Part shown: positions 51,247-61,173 of the stretch, piece by piece | How positions within the stretch are numbered: position 1 is the first letter of the stretch | How the letters are laid out: each line of letters starts with the position of its first letter | Assembly (NCBI GenBank): GCA_965233585.1 | Contig: CBDDTI010000295.1 | Span: 128,001 to 192,000 of the forward strand | DNA length: 64,000 nt | DNA from: a bacterium | GTDB taxonomy: Bacteria > SAR324 > NAC60-12 | Direction of reading: 5' to 3' | Notes under the pieces: generated by a model | Seen by the model: the letters and a program-made list of their open reading frames with translations, nothing else | Database searches by the model: none | What the model was told of the DNA's origin: nothing | Made by a program: the position numbers and the translations under genes

Positions 51247-52383
51247 TTAGCCACATGATGAAAAAGTAGAACAAGAGCGGTGCAAAAAGCCTTGATTGAT
51301 TTGTGTCTCAAGAGACTCGTCATTGGGAGGCAGAAATGGCATGGATTGATTCCAAACTGCAGGTTTTTCCATACACAAATAGACATTCATTTTGGGAGCA
51401 AGTTTGTAAATCTGCTTTTGTGCTAAAGAATACATCTTTTGCCTGATAGACTTGAGGTAACGTTGTTTGCCATCTTCTGCCTGTACGAATTCTCCTAAAA
51501 AAATCTCGCTTTTGGGAAATCTTTCATCAACAACTGCTCTGAGTTTTGGCAAGCAACGCAGAGTCCCAAGGCTCAGCCAGACTATTTTTTCAGGAGGTAT
51601 GGCATCAAAAAGTTGCTCAATAAGTTCTGAATAGTTTTTTTCCCAACCCTGATGCCAAATCATTGGGTCAAGATGAAATGCCACAGGGTAGCCCGCCCGC
51701 ACTGCTTTTTGTGCAGCAAGAAGTCTTTCATGCAACCGAGCAGTTTTAAATTCTTCACGGTTGACAATCACTTCAGGGTTGATAGACCAGCTGATGACGG
51801 TCTTTCCACGATGCTCCAAATCCAGCAAATGATCCACGTAATCTGATTTGGTTTTTAACTCTAAAATGGTCTTGGGTAGTGTTGCAAAAAATGGAATAAC
51901 TTTTTGATTGATTTGCAAAATGGGGTCAAATGCCAAACTGTCCGAATACTCACCAGTCCCAACTCTCAACAAACGATGAGGCTGTTTCAGCACATACGAT
52001 TTGACATCAGCAAGAATTTTGTTGAGGTTGGCATGAACGGTCACAACAGGTTTATTCAGAAACGCTTGTAAGATGCAATAAGTGCATTCAAAAGAGCAAT
52101 TTTCAATAAAATCAATCGTGAGATAGTTGCAACACAATGCAGATTGAGTGTTGCCCGGACATGGCTTGATAGCAATGCCGGGAAAGTTTTTGAGGTGCAA
52201 AATTTTTTTGGCTTGCGTCAAAGGATTTTTCGCAGGGTCAGAAATGAAGGTGTCTTTGTGCCACTCATACTTTTCCACAGTGCGAGCTTCAATAGAAGAG
52301 AAAGTTTGTAAAATTTCCTGCACGAAGGGTTCATTTTGGATACTTTGGTCAACAATGATTTGGTCAGGACGGTAGGATTTCAT
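51247..52383 (-). CDS. Spore photoproduct lyase (SplB)-like radical SAM protein
   Basis: CSFECTYC triad, GEYSDSL, ELKTKS, SWSINP, FHLDP.I. Confidence 0.8.
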   Translation of the reverse strand: MKSYRPDQIIVDQSIQNEPFVQEILQTFSSIEARTVEKYEWHKDTFISDPAKNPLTQAKKILHLKNFPGIAIKPCPGNTQSALCCNYLTIDFIENCSFECTYCILQAFLNKPVVTVHANLNKILADVKSYVLKQPHRLLRVGTGEYSDSLAFDPILQINQKVIPFFATLPKTILELKTKSDYVDHLLDLEHRGKTVISWSINPEVIVNREEFKTARLHERLLAAQKAVRAGYPVAFHLDPMIWHQGWEKNYSELIEQLFDAIPPEKIVWLSLGTLRCLPKLRAVVDERFPKSEIFLGEFVQAEDGKQRYLKSIRQKMYSLAQKQIYKLAPKMNVYLCMEKPAVWNQSMPFLPPNDESLETQINQGFLHRSCSTFSSCG

Positions 52384-53306
52384 AAGGAGTGGTTTCTAAA
52401 AAAATTTTCAGCTTGTTGTAGATCGGACTGAATTTGTAGTTTTAAGTCAGAAACGGAATCAAATTTGATTTCACCCCGTAGCTGTTTTTGTGGTATGACC
52501 TCTAAATTTTGCTCGTAAAGAGAACCTTCAAAGCCAAAGAGATAGGCTTCTAAAAGTGGAGTCTTTTTGTTAAAAGTAGGTCGGATTCCCCAGTTGATGA
52601 TAGCGTGAAATGAACGCTGTCGGTAGTGAGCAATGGCAGCATAGACACCATATTGCAAGGGCAACTTAAATTCAAAACTTAAATTGGCAGTGGGGAAGCC
52701 CAAAGTGCGTGCAAGTTGCAAACCTTGTTGCACTTTGCCCCTAATGCTATACGGACGCCCCAGCAGCTTTTCAACGTTTTGAAAATCACTCTCTGAAATG
52801 GATAATCTAATCTGACTACTGCTAACCTTTAAACGATTATCTAAAACAGGCTCAAGAATTTTGACATCAAAGCGATGTTGCTTTCCTTCTTCCTGAAGCA
52901 ATGCTATGTCTCCCTGACGATCTTTGCCAAACCTAAAATCTGCTCCTGTGACAATGCTCTTTAGGTTGAATTGGCTCAAAAGGAATTGATGGATAAATTC
53001 TTTGGCAGGCACATTGGCAACCGATTCGTCAAAAGTGACCGAATACATGGCATCAAGACCATTTTTTTTGAAAAATTCCCTTTGCTGTTCTGGAGAATTA
53101 ATTCTGCCTAGAAACCCAGATTTTTGAAAAAACTCTTTGGGATTGGGTGTGAAGGTCATTAAAACAGTAGCACCACCTAATTTTTGTGCTTCTTGTTTCA
53201 TCACTTGCAAGATATGACGATGCCCCAAATGGAATCCATCAAAATTCCCAATAGTCAGAACAACAGGCGTTTTGGTGAGATGATGTTGAGTGAAATTGAA
53301 AAGCAT
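52380..53306 (-). CDS. ribF: Bifunctional riboflavin kinase / FAD synthetase
   Basis: IGNFDGFHLGH, DFRFGK, SSSQIR, LGFPTAN, G.RPTF. Confidence 0.97.
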   Translation of the reverse strand: MLFNFTQHHLTKTPVVLTIGNFDGFHLGHRHILQVMKQEAQKLGGATVLMTFTPNPKEFFQKSGFLGRINSPEQQREFFKKNGLDAMYSVTFDESVANVPAKEFIHQFLLSQFNLKSIVTGADFRFGKDRQGDIALLQEEGKQHRFDVKILEPVLDNRLKVSSSQIRLSISESDFQNVEKLLGRPYSIRGKVQQGLQLARTLGFPTANLSFEFKLPLQYGVYAAIAHYRQRSFHAIINWGIRPTFNKKTPLLEAYLFGFEGSLYEQNLEVIPQKQLRGEIKFDSVSDLKLQIQSDLQQAENFFRNHSL

Positions 53307-53485
53307 AATCTACAACAATAGCCTTCAAGTATGTCATGGAATGCTTGGATTTTGTAGAGTTTTGAAAATTTAAAACGTTCTTGTCAAACCTCCCCAGCAT
53401 CTGACTTGATTTTTTAGTCAAATCAGATTGTTCTCTTTTGATTTGTGTTACAATGTCGGCTTTTCAAGTTGATTTATGGTGAAGT

Positions 53486-54586
53486 ATGCGATTGACTTCC
53501 AAGCAAAAAAAGATTTTAGATGTCGTGATTCAGAAATCTCCAATCAGTGCAGTTGAGATTTTTGACACTTTAGAACATGTTGTCGGTCAGAAGCGTCGTT
53601 CTCGGCTCAATTCATTTCGTAAGATTTTGGGGCGAATGGTGAATCAACATGTGATGAGCAAACGACCTGATGGGTTGTATGTGCCTTTGTCTGACGATCA
53701 AATTTTCCGTTGCAAGAAAACAGAAGTGATTTTGAATGATTTGAGAAGGATTAGGCAAGATGGCAAGCCCTTCAGCCTGACAACTTTGCTTGGTTATGAG
53801 TCATTCCATTATTGGACAACAGCTCTTGTCAAGTTTCAGCAGACCACAGGCAGTCCAAATCTTTCAATCTATGAACCGCTAGACTTTGACACAGATAAGC
53901 TGGAATTATTGATGATGCTCATGGAAGTAGATTTAGAGGCTATGGTACGCAGTCATCTTATTTTTTGTCAAACACATCAAAAGACTTTGCAACAAACGGT
54001 TCATCAAATTTTGTGTGAAAAAATGAGTCATTACAAAATCTCTCGTAAAAAGCTGATGGCGGAAATTCAAGCATCTGCTTCTCATTCTTCTCCTTTGGTG
54101 GTGATTAAACAAATGCTAGAACCTGCAGGTATGCTCTCACCTAATGATTTGTCTAAAATTCTACAATCTTTCCAGACTTCCTTTTTACAAAACTACGTTC
54201 AACAAAAGTTGGAGCATGCGACTTTTGAAAAAGGAGAATCTTCTTTGGCTAAAAGATTTCCAAGCCTATTTTCTGGGCAATGGAAGTGGGATTTGCTTTA
54301 CACAAAAATGATTCAAAAGATGGTTCAATTTGCTAAATCTCAAAAGATTTATCAATCCCAAGAAGAGTGGCTTGCCAAGCAGAAGAATGAATCCAAACAA
54401 CGTTTTCAGCAAACGCAAGTGAATGACCCCTATGCCGTTTTGGGACTGCGGAGAGGAACATCTATTGAAGAAGTCAAAACAGCCTTTCGCCAACTCTCCA
54501 AACAGCACCATCCTGACTCTGGGGGAAGTGCAAAAGAATTTCAAAATATTCTACATGCTTATCGTCAGCTTATGGAGAAAAAATAG
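53486..54586 (+). CDS. J-domain protein with N-terminal winged-helix-like region
   Basis: C-terminal DPYAVLGL...EVKTAFRQLSKQHHPDSGG (HPD motif). Confidence 0.75.
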   Translation: MRLTSKQKKILDVVIQKSPISAVEIFDTLEHVVGQKRRSRLNSFRKILGRMVNQHVMSKRPDGLYVPLSDDQIFRCKKTEVILNDLRRIRQDGKPFSLTTLLGYESFHYWTTALVKFQQTTGSPNLSIYEPLDFDTDKLELLMMLMEVDLEAMVRSHLIFCQTHQKTLQQTVHQILCEKMSHYKISRKKLMAEIQASASHSSPLVVIKQMLEPAGMLSPNDLSKILQSFQTSFLQNYVQQKLEHATFEKGESSLAKRFPSLFSGQWKWDLLYTKMIQKMVQFAKSQKIYQSQEEWLAKQKNESKQRFQQTQVNDPYAVLGLRRGTSIEEVKTAFRQLSKQHHPDSGGSAKEFQNILHAYRQLMEKK

Positions 54587-54587
54587 C

Positions 54588-54615
54588 TTGCATTGTGATT
54601 TTGATGTGGTACAAT
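54588..54615 (+). promoter_or_regulatory. Sigma70 promoter for the tRNA pair
   Basis: TTGCAT-N16-TACAAT. Confidence 0.6.
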
Positions 54616-54631
54616 GGTACGTTTTTCTCTT

Positions 54632-54707
54632 GGGTGCTTAGCTCAGCTGGGAGAGCGGCGGCCTTACAAGCCGTAGGTCACAAGTTCGATCCTTGTAGTA
54701 CCCACCA
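54632..54707 (+). tRNA. tRNA-Val(TAC)
   Basis: Cloverleaf; anticodon loop CT-TAC-AA; GTTCGA T-loop; encoded CCA. Confidence 0.97.
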
Positions 54708-54716
54708 CCCTTAAGC

Positions 54717-54793
<77 letters not shown>

Positions 54794-54836
54794 CTTCTTG
54801 AGGCTTTGTCAGAAATCTTGATATTCAAAAAAAGCC

Positions 54837-56936
54837 ATGACTCTTCAAGTATTACCTTCTTATGTTTCTGGAAATTGGGAGGCAGGACGAGCTATTCATC
54901 AACCTGCACTGAATGCTTTAACACAAGAACCGATTTGTGATATTAGCTCAAAAGGTTTTGATTTTGCTCAAATTTTACACCATGCTAAATCTCATGGTGC
55001 TTGTTTGCGGAACTTGACCTTCCATGAACGAGCCACGAAGATCACGGCATTAGCCAAGCATCTCAACGGTTTGAAGAAAAAATACTATCCAATCTCTATG
55101 CAAAGCGGAGCCACTCTGGTTGATAGTCAAGTTGACATAGATGGTGGTATCCAAACCTTGTTTGCCGTTTCCAGTCTTGCCAGACGAGGCTTGCCTGATG
55201 AAAAAATTGCCTACGAACAAGGACATGAAATGCTATCCAGAAACGGCACTTTCATTGGTAAGCATCTTTTAGCACCCAAGCATGGCGTAGCTCTTTTAAT
55301 CAATGCCTTCAATTTTCCTTGTTGGGGCATGTTAGAAAAGCTAGCCTCGGCTTTTATTGCTGGTGTACCTGTCATTGTCAAACCTGCAAGCATCACTTCT
55401 TACATTGCTCAAGCTGTTGCTGAAGACATCATTAGCAGTGAAATTTTACCGATAGGAAGTTTTCAAATCATCAATGGGAGTTTAGGAAATTTATTTGACC
55501 TGTTAGATGAACAAGATTCAATTCATTTCACTGGTTCGGCTCAAACTGCCAATTTGCTCAAAGCACATTCAAACCTTTTGAAACAAAGTATTCCCTTTCA
55601 TGCTGAAGCAGATTCCTTGAATTTTGCCATGTTGAGTGAGAAAGCTGTGGCAGATGATGAAGAATTTACAGCTTGCATTGAAGAAATTGCAAAAGAACTC
55701 ATGACCAAAGCAGGGCAACGTTGCACTTGTATTCGCAGAATTTTTGTTCCTGAAACACTGCTTGAGGATTTTCAAAAAAAACTCAAAGCAAGGCTGGTTC
55801 AAATCAAAATAGGCGATCCAACAAATGAGCAAACTCAAATGGGAGCATTAGTTGGGCAATCTCAAAAAGATGATGTTTTAGCGGGGGTTGAAGAATTACA
55901 ACAGCAAGCCTCTATCATGTTTGATGGAAGTCAAAATGAAAGGCTTGGCAGTGCAGAAATTTTACAAAAAGGAGCATTTGTTCCTCCTATGTTGTTACTA
56001 GATGAAGCTGCTGCCACAAAAGAAAACTTAGTGCATCAAAAAGAAATTTTTGGACCTATCGCAACGCTCATTCCTTATGCTCATCTAGATGACGCAATTC
56101 AAGGTATTCGTTTAGGCAAAGGCAGTTTGACAGGCAGTGTTTATAGCAACTCTCCTCAAGAAGCCAAAACTTTGATTGCAGAAATTGGTGCATGGCATGG
56201 GCGAATCAACCTCATTAATCGTGAAGGACTAAAAGAAAATCCCGGGCACGGTACCGTCATGCCTCAAATGGTGCATGGCGGACCGGGACGTGCTGGTGGC
56301 GGTGAAGAATTAGGCGGGATTCGGGGCATCAAACATTTTTTGCAACGAGTTGGCATTCAAGGTTCAGCAGCCATGATCAGCCGTGTCAGTGGGGATTGGT
56401 CTCCTCATGCCCAATCTGAGAAATCCCAAAAACATCTTTTTCGCTTCACTTTCAATGAGCTTCAAATTGGTCAAGGTCTTGAAACCCACCGCCGTACCAT
56501 CACAGAAACGGATATTGTCAATTTTGGTTGCTTGAGTTGGGATCATTTTTATGCTCATTTTGACAAACAAGCAGCAGAACGTTCTATGTTTGGTAAGCGT
56601 GTGGCTCACGGATATTTCGTACTTGCTGCTGCTGCAGGATTATTTGTTGATCCTGCAGAAGGTCCTGTTCTTGCCAATATCGGTTTAGAAGAGTTGAGAT
56701 TTTTAGAACCGGTGTATGCGGAGGATACGATTTTTGTTCGGCTCACTTGCAAACAAAAAACCATCAAACCGCATCGTGATTTAACACAACCTCCTTGTGG
56801 CGAGGTCAAGTGGCTTGCACAAGTTTATAATCAAGATGAAACTTTAGTCGCTCAATATGTAGTGCTGACCTTGGTTAGAAGAGATGACACATGCAAGAAT
56901 GTCAGCCATACCAATTCTGAATATCAACCTGCATAA
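54837..56936 (+). CDS. paaZ: Oxepin-CoA hydrolase / 3-oxo-5,6-dehydrosuberyl-CoA semialdehyde dehydrogenase
   Basis: ALDH domain (INAFNFPCWGMLEK, EADSLN, HGGPGRAGGGEELGG) fused to a MaoC domain (DHFYAH, RVAHGYF). Confidence 0.95.
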   Translation: MTLQVLPSYVSGNWEAGRAIHQPALNALTQEPICDISSKGFDFAQILHHAKSHGACLRNLTFHERATKITALAKHLNGLKKKYYPISMQSGATLVDSQVDIDGGIQTLFAVSSLARRGLPDEKIAYEQGHEMLSRNGTFIGKHLLAPKHGVALLINAFNFPCWGMLEKLASAFIAGVPVIVKPASITSYIAQAVAEDIISSEILPIGSFQIINGSLGNLFDLLDEQDSIHFTGSAQTANLLKAHSNLLKQSIPFHAEADSLNFAMLSEKAVADDEEFTACIEEIAKELMTKAGQRCTCIRRIFVPETLLEDFQKKLKARLVQIKIGDPTNEQTQMGALVGQSQKDDVLAGVEELQQQASIMFDGSQNERLGSAEILQKGAFVPPMLLLDEAAATKENLVHQKEIFGPIATLIPYAHLDDAIQGIRLGKGSLTGSVYSNSPQEAKTLIAEIGAWHGRINLINREGLKENPGHGTVMPQMVHGGPGRAGGGEELGGIRGIKHFLQRVGIQGSAAMISRVSGDWSPHAQSEKSQKHLFRFTFNELQIGQGLETHRRTITETDIVNFGCLSWDHFYAHFDKQAAERSMFGKRVAHGYFVLAAAAGLFVDPAEGPVLANIGLEELRFLEPVYAEDTIFVRLTCKQKTIKPHRDLTQPPCGEVKWLAQVYNQDETLVAQYVVLTLVRRDDTCKNVSHTNSEYQPA

Positions 56937-56942
56937 AAATTG

Positions 56943-58145
56943 ATGATGCCTCAAGCCTTCATTTGTGATTATATTCGTACTCCAATTGGTCGTTATGCCG
57001 GTGCATTATCCCGTCTGCGAACTGATGATTTAGCTGCTTTAGTGCTTCAAGAAATAACAAACCGCAATCCATCAGTGGACTGGGAAAGATTAGATGATGT
57101 CCTCTTGGGGTGTGCCAACCAGGCAGGAGAAGACAACCGCAACATTGCACGAATGGCAACACTGCTAGCAGGTTTGCCCCAAACTGTACCTGCAGTCACG
57201 ATTAACCGCTTATGTGGTTCAGGACTTGATGCTATTTTGAATGCCTCTCGTATGATTCAGTCGGCAGAAGCAAATTTGGTCATTGCTGGAGGAGTAGAGG
57301 GCATGAGTCGCGCTCCAATGGTGATGCCTAAAGCCACTGTAGCCTTTTCAAGGCAAGCTGAAATTTACGATACCACTATGGGATGGCGTTTTGTCAATCC
57401 TGCTTTAAAAGCACAATATGGAGTGGATACGATGCCAGAAACTGCAGAACATGTTGCCAAACGTTTTCAAATTAGCCGACAAGCCCAAGATGAATTTGCC
57501 TTTCAATCACAACAAAAAACAGCAAAAGCCATCGCCAATCAACGTTTGACAAGTGAAATCATTCCAGTCAGCGTTCCTCAACCCAAAGGTGAGAATGTGT
57601 TGATAGCTCAAGATGAGCATCCACGAGAAACCAGTTTGGAAAAACTTGCACAGCTAAAACCTCTTTTTCCCAAAGGAACGGTTACAGCAGGAAATTCCAG
57701 TGGAATCAATGATGGTGCTGCTGCAGTCTTAGTGGCTTCCGAAGAAGCCATTCAGCAATATCAGCTTGAACCCTTAGCAAGAGTGATTGCAGGAGCAGTT
57801 TCTGGTGTAGAACCAGCGATCATGGGAATCGGTCCTATTTCTGCGACACAAAAACTTTGTCAAAGACTGAAATTGCAACTAGATGATATTGGAATTATTG
57901 AACTTAATGAAGCCTTTGCCAGTCAAAGCCTTGCCGTTTTGAATGGATTAGGAATAGATACAGATGATGAACGGGTCAATCCTAACGGAGGTGCGATTGC
58001 TCTGGGACATCCATTAGGTATGTCTGGAACTCGTATTGCGGGAACGGCAATCAAAGAACTGCGTCTTAAAAATCAAAAACTGGCGTTAGCTACTATGTGC
58101 ATTGGTGTAGGGCAGGGAATTGCTGCAGTCTTTGAGAAAGTTTGA
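56943..58145 (+). CDS. paaJ: 3-oxoadipyl-CoA thiolase (PaaJ/PcaF)
   Basis: GCANQAGEDNRN.ARM, NRLCGSG, NEAFA, GHPLG, CIGVGQG. Confidence 0.92.
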   Translation: MMPQAFICDYIRTPIGRYAGALSRLRTDDLAALVLQEITNRNPSVDWERLDDVLLGCANQAGEDNRNIARMATLLAGLPQTVPAVTINRLCGSGLDAILNASRMIQSAEANLVIAGGVEGMSRAPMVMPKATVAFSRQAEIYDTTMGWRFVNPALKAQYGVDTMPETAEHVAKRFQISRQAQDEFAFQSQQKTAKAIANQRLTSEIIPVSVPQPKGENVLIAQDEHPRETSLEKLAQLKPLFPKGTVTAGNSSGINDGAAAVLVASEEAIQQYQLEPLARVIAGAVSGVEPAIMGIGPISATQKLCQRLKLQLDDIGIIELNEAFASQSLAVLNGLGIDTDDERVNPNGGAIALGHPLGMSGTRIAGTAIKELRLKNQKLALATMCIGVGQGIAAVFEKV

Positions 58146-58152
58146 TAATAAT

Positions 58153-58193
58153 ATGTCAAAAAATGTTGACATGATGAAAATGAAGACTATAAT
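58153..58193 (+). promoter_or_regulatory. Consensus sigma70 promoter of paaA with dyad operator
   Basis: TTGACA-N16-TATAAT; ATGTCAA-N6-TTGACAT overlaps the -35 box. Confidence 0.75.
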
Positions 58194-58234
58194 CTAGCCC
58201 AGAACAGCGTTACAACATCACAAAACTAGCAACG

Positions 58235-59209
58235 ATGTACAGTCAATTAGTAGAAGTTCAAGACCAAACCCTTGACGATGCCAAGCATCAGGAATTTCAA
58301 CAGCGAATTGACCGCGGAGAAAAGATAGAGCCCAAGGATTGGATGCCTGACGCTTACCGTCAAACCTTGATTCGTCAAATCTCGCAGCATGCCCATTCTG
58401 AAATTGTGGGCATGTCTCCTGAACGCAATTGGCTGACCAGATCGCCTTCCTTGCATCGCAAAGCCATTTTACTTGCCAAAATTCAAGATGAAGCGGGACA
58501 TGGGTTGTATCTCTATTCTGCTGCTGAAACACTTGGAGTAGAACGAGAAACATTAGTGCAAAACTTACTCAATGGTAAAGCCAAGTATTCCAGCATTTTC
58601 AATTATCCTGCTTTGACTTGGGCAGATATGGGAGCAATTGGTTGGCTTGTTGATGGAGCAGCCATTATCAATCAAGTTTCACTTTGTAAAACGTCTTATG
58701 GTCCTTATGCGAGGGCAATGGTTCGGATTTGTAAAGAAGAAAGTTTTCATCAACGGCAGGGCTACGATATTTTGTGGAAATTGGTTCACGGTTCAGAAGC
58801 TCAACGCAACATGGCTCAAGATGCTGTCAACCGTTGGTGGTGGCCTGCTTTGATGATGCTGGGACCGATGGATTCAGAATCAGTGCATGGAGATCAATCC
58901 ATGAAATGGAAGATTAAAATCATGGGTAATGAAGAAACACGTCAAAAGTTTTTGAATCAAACTGTGCCTCAATTAGAACAACTAGGACTCACTGCACCTG
59001 ACGAGCAACTCAAATACGATGAACGCACTGGTTCATATCAGTATGGTCCCATTGATTGGAAGGAATTTTATCGCGTCATTCAAGGTCAAGGTCCGTGTAA
59101 TAAACAAAGGTTACGTACACGTCAAAACGCTCATGATCAGCAACGTTGGGTGAGTGAGGCTGCTGGTGCATACAGCCAATCACAACACAAAAACAAGAAA
59201 TCAGCTTAA
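58235..59209 (+). CDS. paaA: Phenylacetyl-CoA epoxidase subunit A
   Basis: [37 protein letters not shown]. Confidence 0.98.
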   Translation: MYSQLVEVQDQTLDDAKHQEFQQRIDRGEKIEPKDWMPDAYRQTLIRQISQHAHSEIVGMSPERNWLTRSPSLHRKAILLAKIQDEAGHGLYLYSAAETLGVERETLVQNLLNGKAKYSSIFNYPALTWADMGAIGWLVDGAAIINQVSLCKTSYGPYARAMVRICKEESFHQRQGYDILWKLVHGSEAQRNMAQDAVNRWWWPALMMLGPMDSESVHGDQSMKWKIKIMGNEETRQKFLNQTVPQLEQLGLTAPDEQLKYDERTGSYQYGPIDWKEFYRVIQGQGPCNKQRLRTRQNAHDQQRWVSEAAGAYSQSQHKNKKSA

Positions 59210-59238
59210 GTTTGACTATAAAATCCAACTCAGGTGTC

Positions 59239-59532
59239 ATGGAATCTCAACAAGACAAGCCGATTCTCTATGAAGTTTTTGTGCGGTCTCAAAGTTCTGT
59301 TGGTCATCAGCATGTTGGTAGTTTACATGCCACCAATGATCGGGAAGCTCTTTTGAATGCACGTGATTTGTACACTCGTAGGAATGAAGGCATCAGCCTC
59401 TGGGTTGTTCCTTCGGAATCCATCATTGCCAGTGATTTTGCAGACAATGATTCACTTTTTGATCCTGCCAAATCTAAGGTTTACCGACATCCTACCTTCT
59501 TTCCTCCTCCAGAAGGAGTGAAAAATTTGTAG
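59239..59532 (+). CDS. paaB: Phenylacetyl-CoA epoxidase subunit B
   Basis: YEVFVR..HVGSLHA..ARDLYTRRNEG.SLWVV; KVYRHPTF. Confidence 0.97.
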   Translation: MESQQDKPILYEVFVRSQSSVGHQHVGSLHATNDREALLNARDLYTRRNEGISLWVVPSESIIASDFADNDSLFDPAKSKVYRHPTFFPPPEGVKNL

Positions 59533-59571
59533 AGATAGTCTTATTCATTAACTCTGTTATAGGAAAAAATT

Positions 59572-60588
59572 ATGTTCAAAAAAACATGTCTCAAAAGTTT
59601 CATCTTCTTTTCAGGATGGCTGATGGCATCGGCTGTTTATGCAGAAACGATGAAGATTGGAACGTGGCTCTCCCCTAAACATCCTCAAAATGCAGTGGTT
59701 CTGCCCACTTGGGGAAAATGGATTGAACTCGCAACGGATGGGCGAGTGAAAATACAACTAGTCTATCACCAAGGACATCCAAAAGGTGTTTTTGGTGATG
59801 TGGAAGATGGCAATTATGATGCAGGTTGGTCTTTTCATGGATACTTTCCCGGTAAGTTTAAGCTGACAGTGATAGCAGAATTGCCTTTGCTTGGTGCAGA
59901 ACCAGAAGCCGCTTCTGTGGCACATTGGCGAATTTATCAAAAGTATTTTAAAACTGGCAAAGCCAATGAGCATAAAGGGCTGGTTCTTGCTGGATTATTT
60001 TTACATGGTTCAGGTGAAATTATGATGCGTGAGCCTGTGGAGAATTTGGCAGAGATGAAAGGTAAAAAGATACGTGTAGGTGGTGGTGTTCAAGGTGCTA
60101 TTGCTGAACAACTAGGAATTAAAGCAGTGCCTGCTCCCGGTTCAAAGGTTTATGAAATCCTCTCTCAAGGGATTGCTGATGGTGTGTTCATGCCAGTCGG
60201 AGAACAAAAAACTTTACGTCTTTCGGAAGTCACCTCGTTCATCTATCAATCCCCACAAGGCATGTATCTAGGCAGTTTCAGTATCTTCATCAGCCCAGAT
60301 TTTTTAAGCAAGTTGAGTCAGAAAGATCGTGAAGCTGTCATGTCCGTTTCTGGAGAATCACTATCGGCTTTAGCTGGTCGTATCTGGCAAAAAAATGATG
60401 CAGAAGGCTATGCCAAAGCACGTCAGGCAGGACATCAAATTGTAAAATGGTCAGCATCGGATCAACGTGAATTTGAAAAAATTGCCAAAGAGATTGAAAG
60501 CGACTGGCTCAAAAGTGTTGAATCTCGCAGAGTTGATGCCAAAAAAGCACTTGCTGAATTTCGTGCCATTGCCCGAAGTTATCAGTAA
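59572..60588 (+). CDS. TRAP transporter substrate-binding protein (DctP family)
   Basis: Signal peptide; ATDGRVK; KGKKIRVGG (conserved Arg); YE.LSQG.ADG. Confidence 0.92.
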   Translation: MFKKTCLKSFIFFSGWLMASAVYAETMKIGTWLSPKHPQNAVVLPTWGKWIELATDGRVKIQLVYHQGHPKGVFGDVEDGNYDAGWSFHGYFPGKFKLTVIAELPLLGAEPEAASVAHWRIYQKYFKTGKANEHKGLVLAGLFLHGSGEIMMREPVENLAEMKGKKIRVGGGVQGAIAEQLGIKAVPAPGSKVYEILSQGIADGVFMPVGEQKTLRLSEVTSFIYQSPQGMYLGSFSIFISPDFLSKLSQKDREAVMSVSGESLSALAGRIWQKNDAEGYAKARQAGHQIVKWSASDQREFEKIAKEIESDWLKSVESRRVDAKKALAEFRAIARSYQ

Positions 60589-60679
60589 CATGCAATTCCT
60601 CTATTCCTTTTTTAAGGAGTAGAGGTGACAGACTCATGTTTTTTAAATCTGATGAAAAAGGCAGTTTTACAGAACCACC

Positions 60680-61156
60680 ATGAACCTTTCCAAAATATCT
60701 CATTTCGTAGAAAGTCTTTTAGAAATTATCGTGTGTTGTTTCCTTTTCGCCTTGATGTGGATCACCACGGTTGATGTGATTGGTCGCTATGTGTTCAACT
60801 CGCCCTTGTTTGGTTCCACAGAATTGACAGAATTGACACTCACTTTTGTTTTTTTCGCAACACTTCCGTTACTCTGTTTGAAGAATGAACACATTTCAGT
60901 AGATTTGCTAGAACATCATTTTAGCTCCAGATTCAAATATGTTCGTGAAATCATCAATCAATTTTTATTAATCTTGTGTATAGCAACTATGGGCTGGGGC
61001 ATGTATTTACTTTTATTACGTGCTTGGCGTGATGAATTGGTTAGCGAAATTTTAGAGATTCCTACCTCCTACATTCTTCAATATACGTTGGCTTTGTTAG
61101 TCGTTGCTGTGTGGTCTTGTCTGATGTTTGTCATGGGTCACCTCAAAAAACGATAA
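60680..61156 (+). CDS. TRAP transporter small permease (DctQ family)
   Basis: DVIGRYVFNSPL.GS.EL; HISVDLL; four TM segments. Confidence 0.92.
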   Translation: MNLSKISHFVESLLEIIVCCFLFALMWITTVDVIGRYVFNSPLFGSTELTELTLTFVFFATLPLLCLKNEHISVDLLEHHFSSRFKYVREIINQFLLILCIATMGWGMYLLLLRAWRDELVSEILEIPTSYILQYTLALLVVAVWSCLMFVMGHLKKR

Positions 61157-61173
61157 TTCCTATATTCTTCAAT

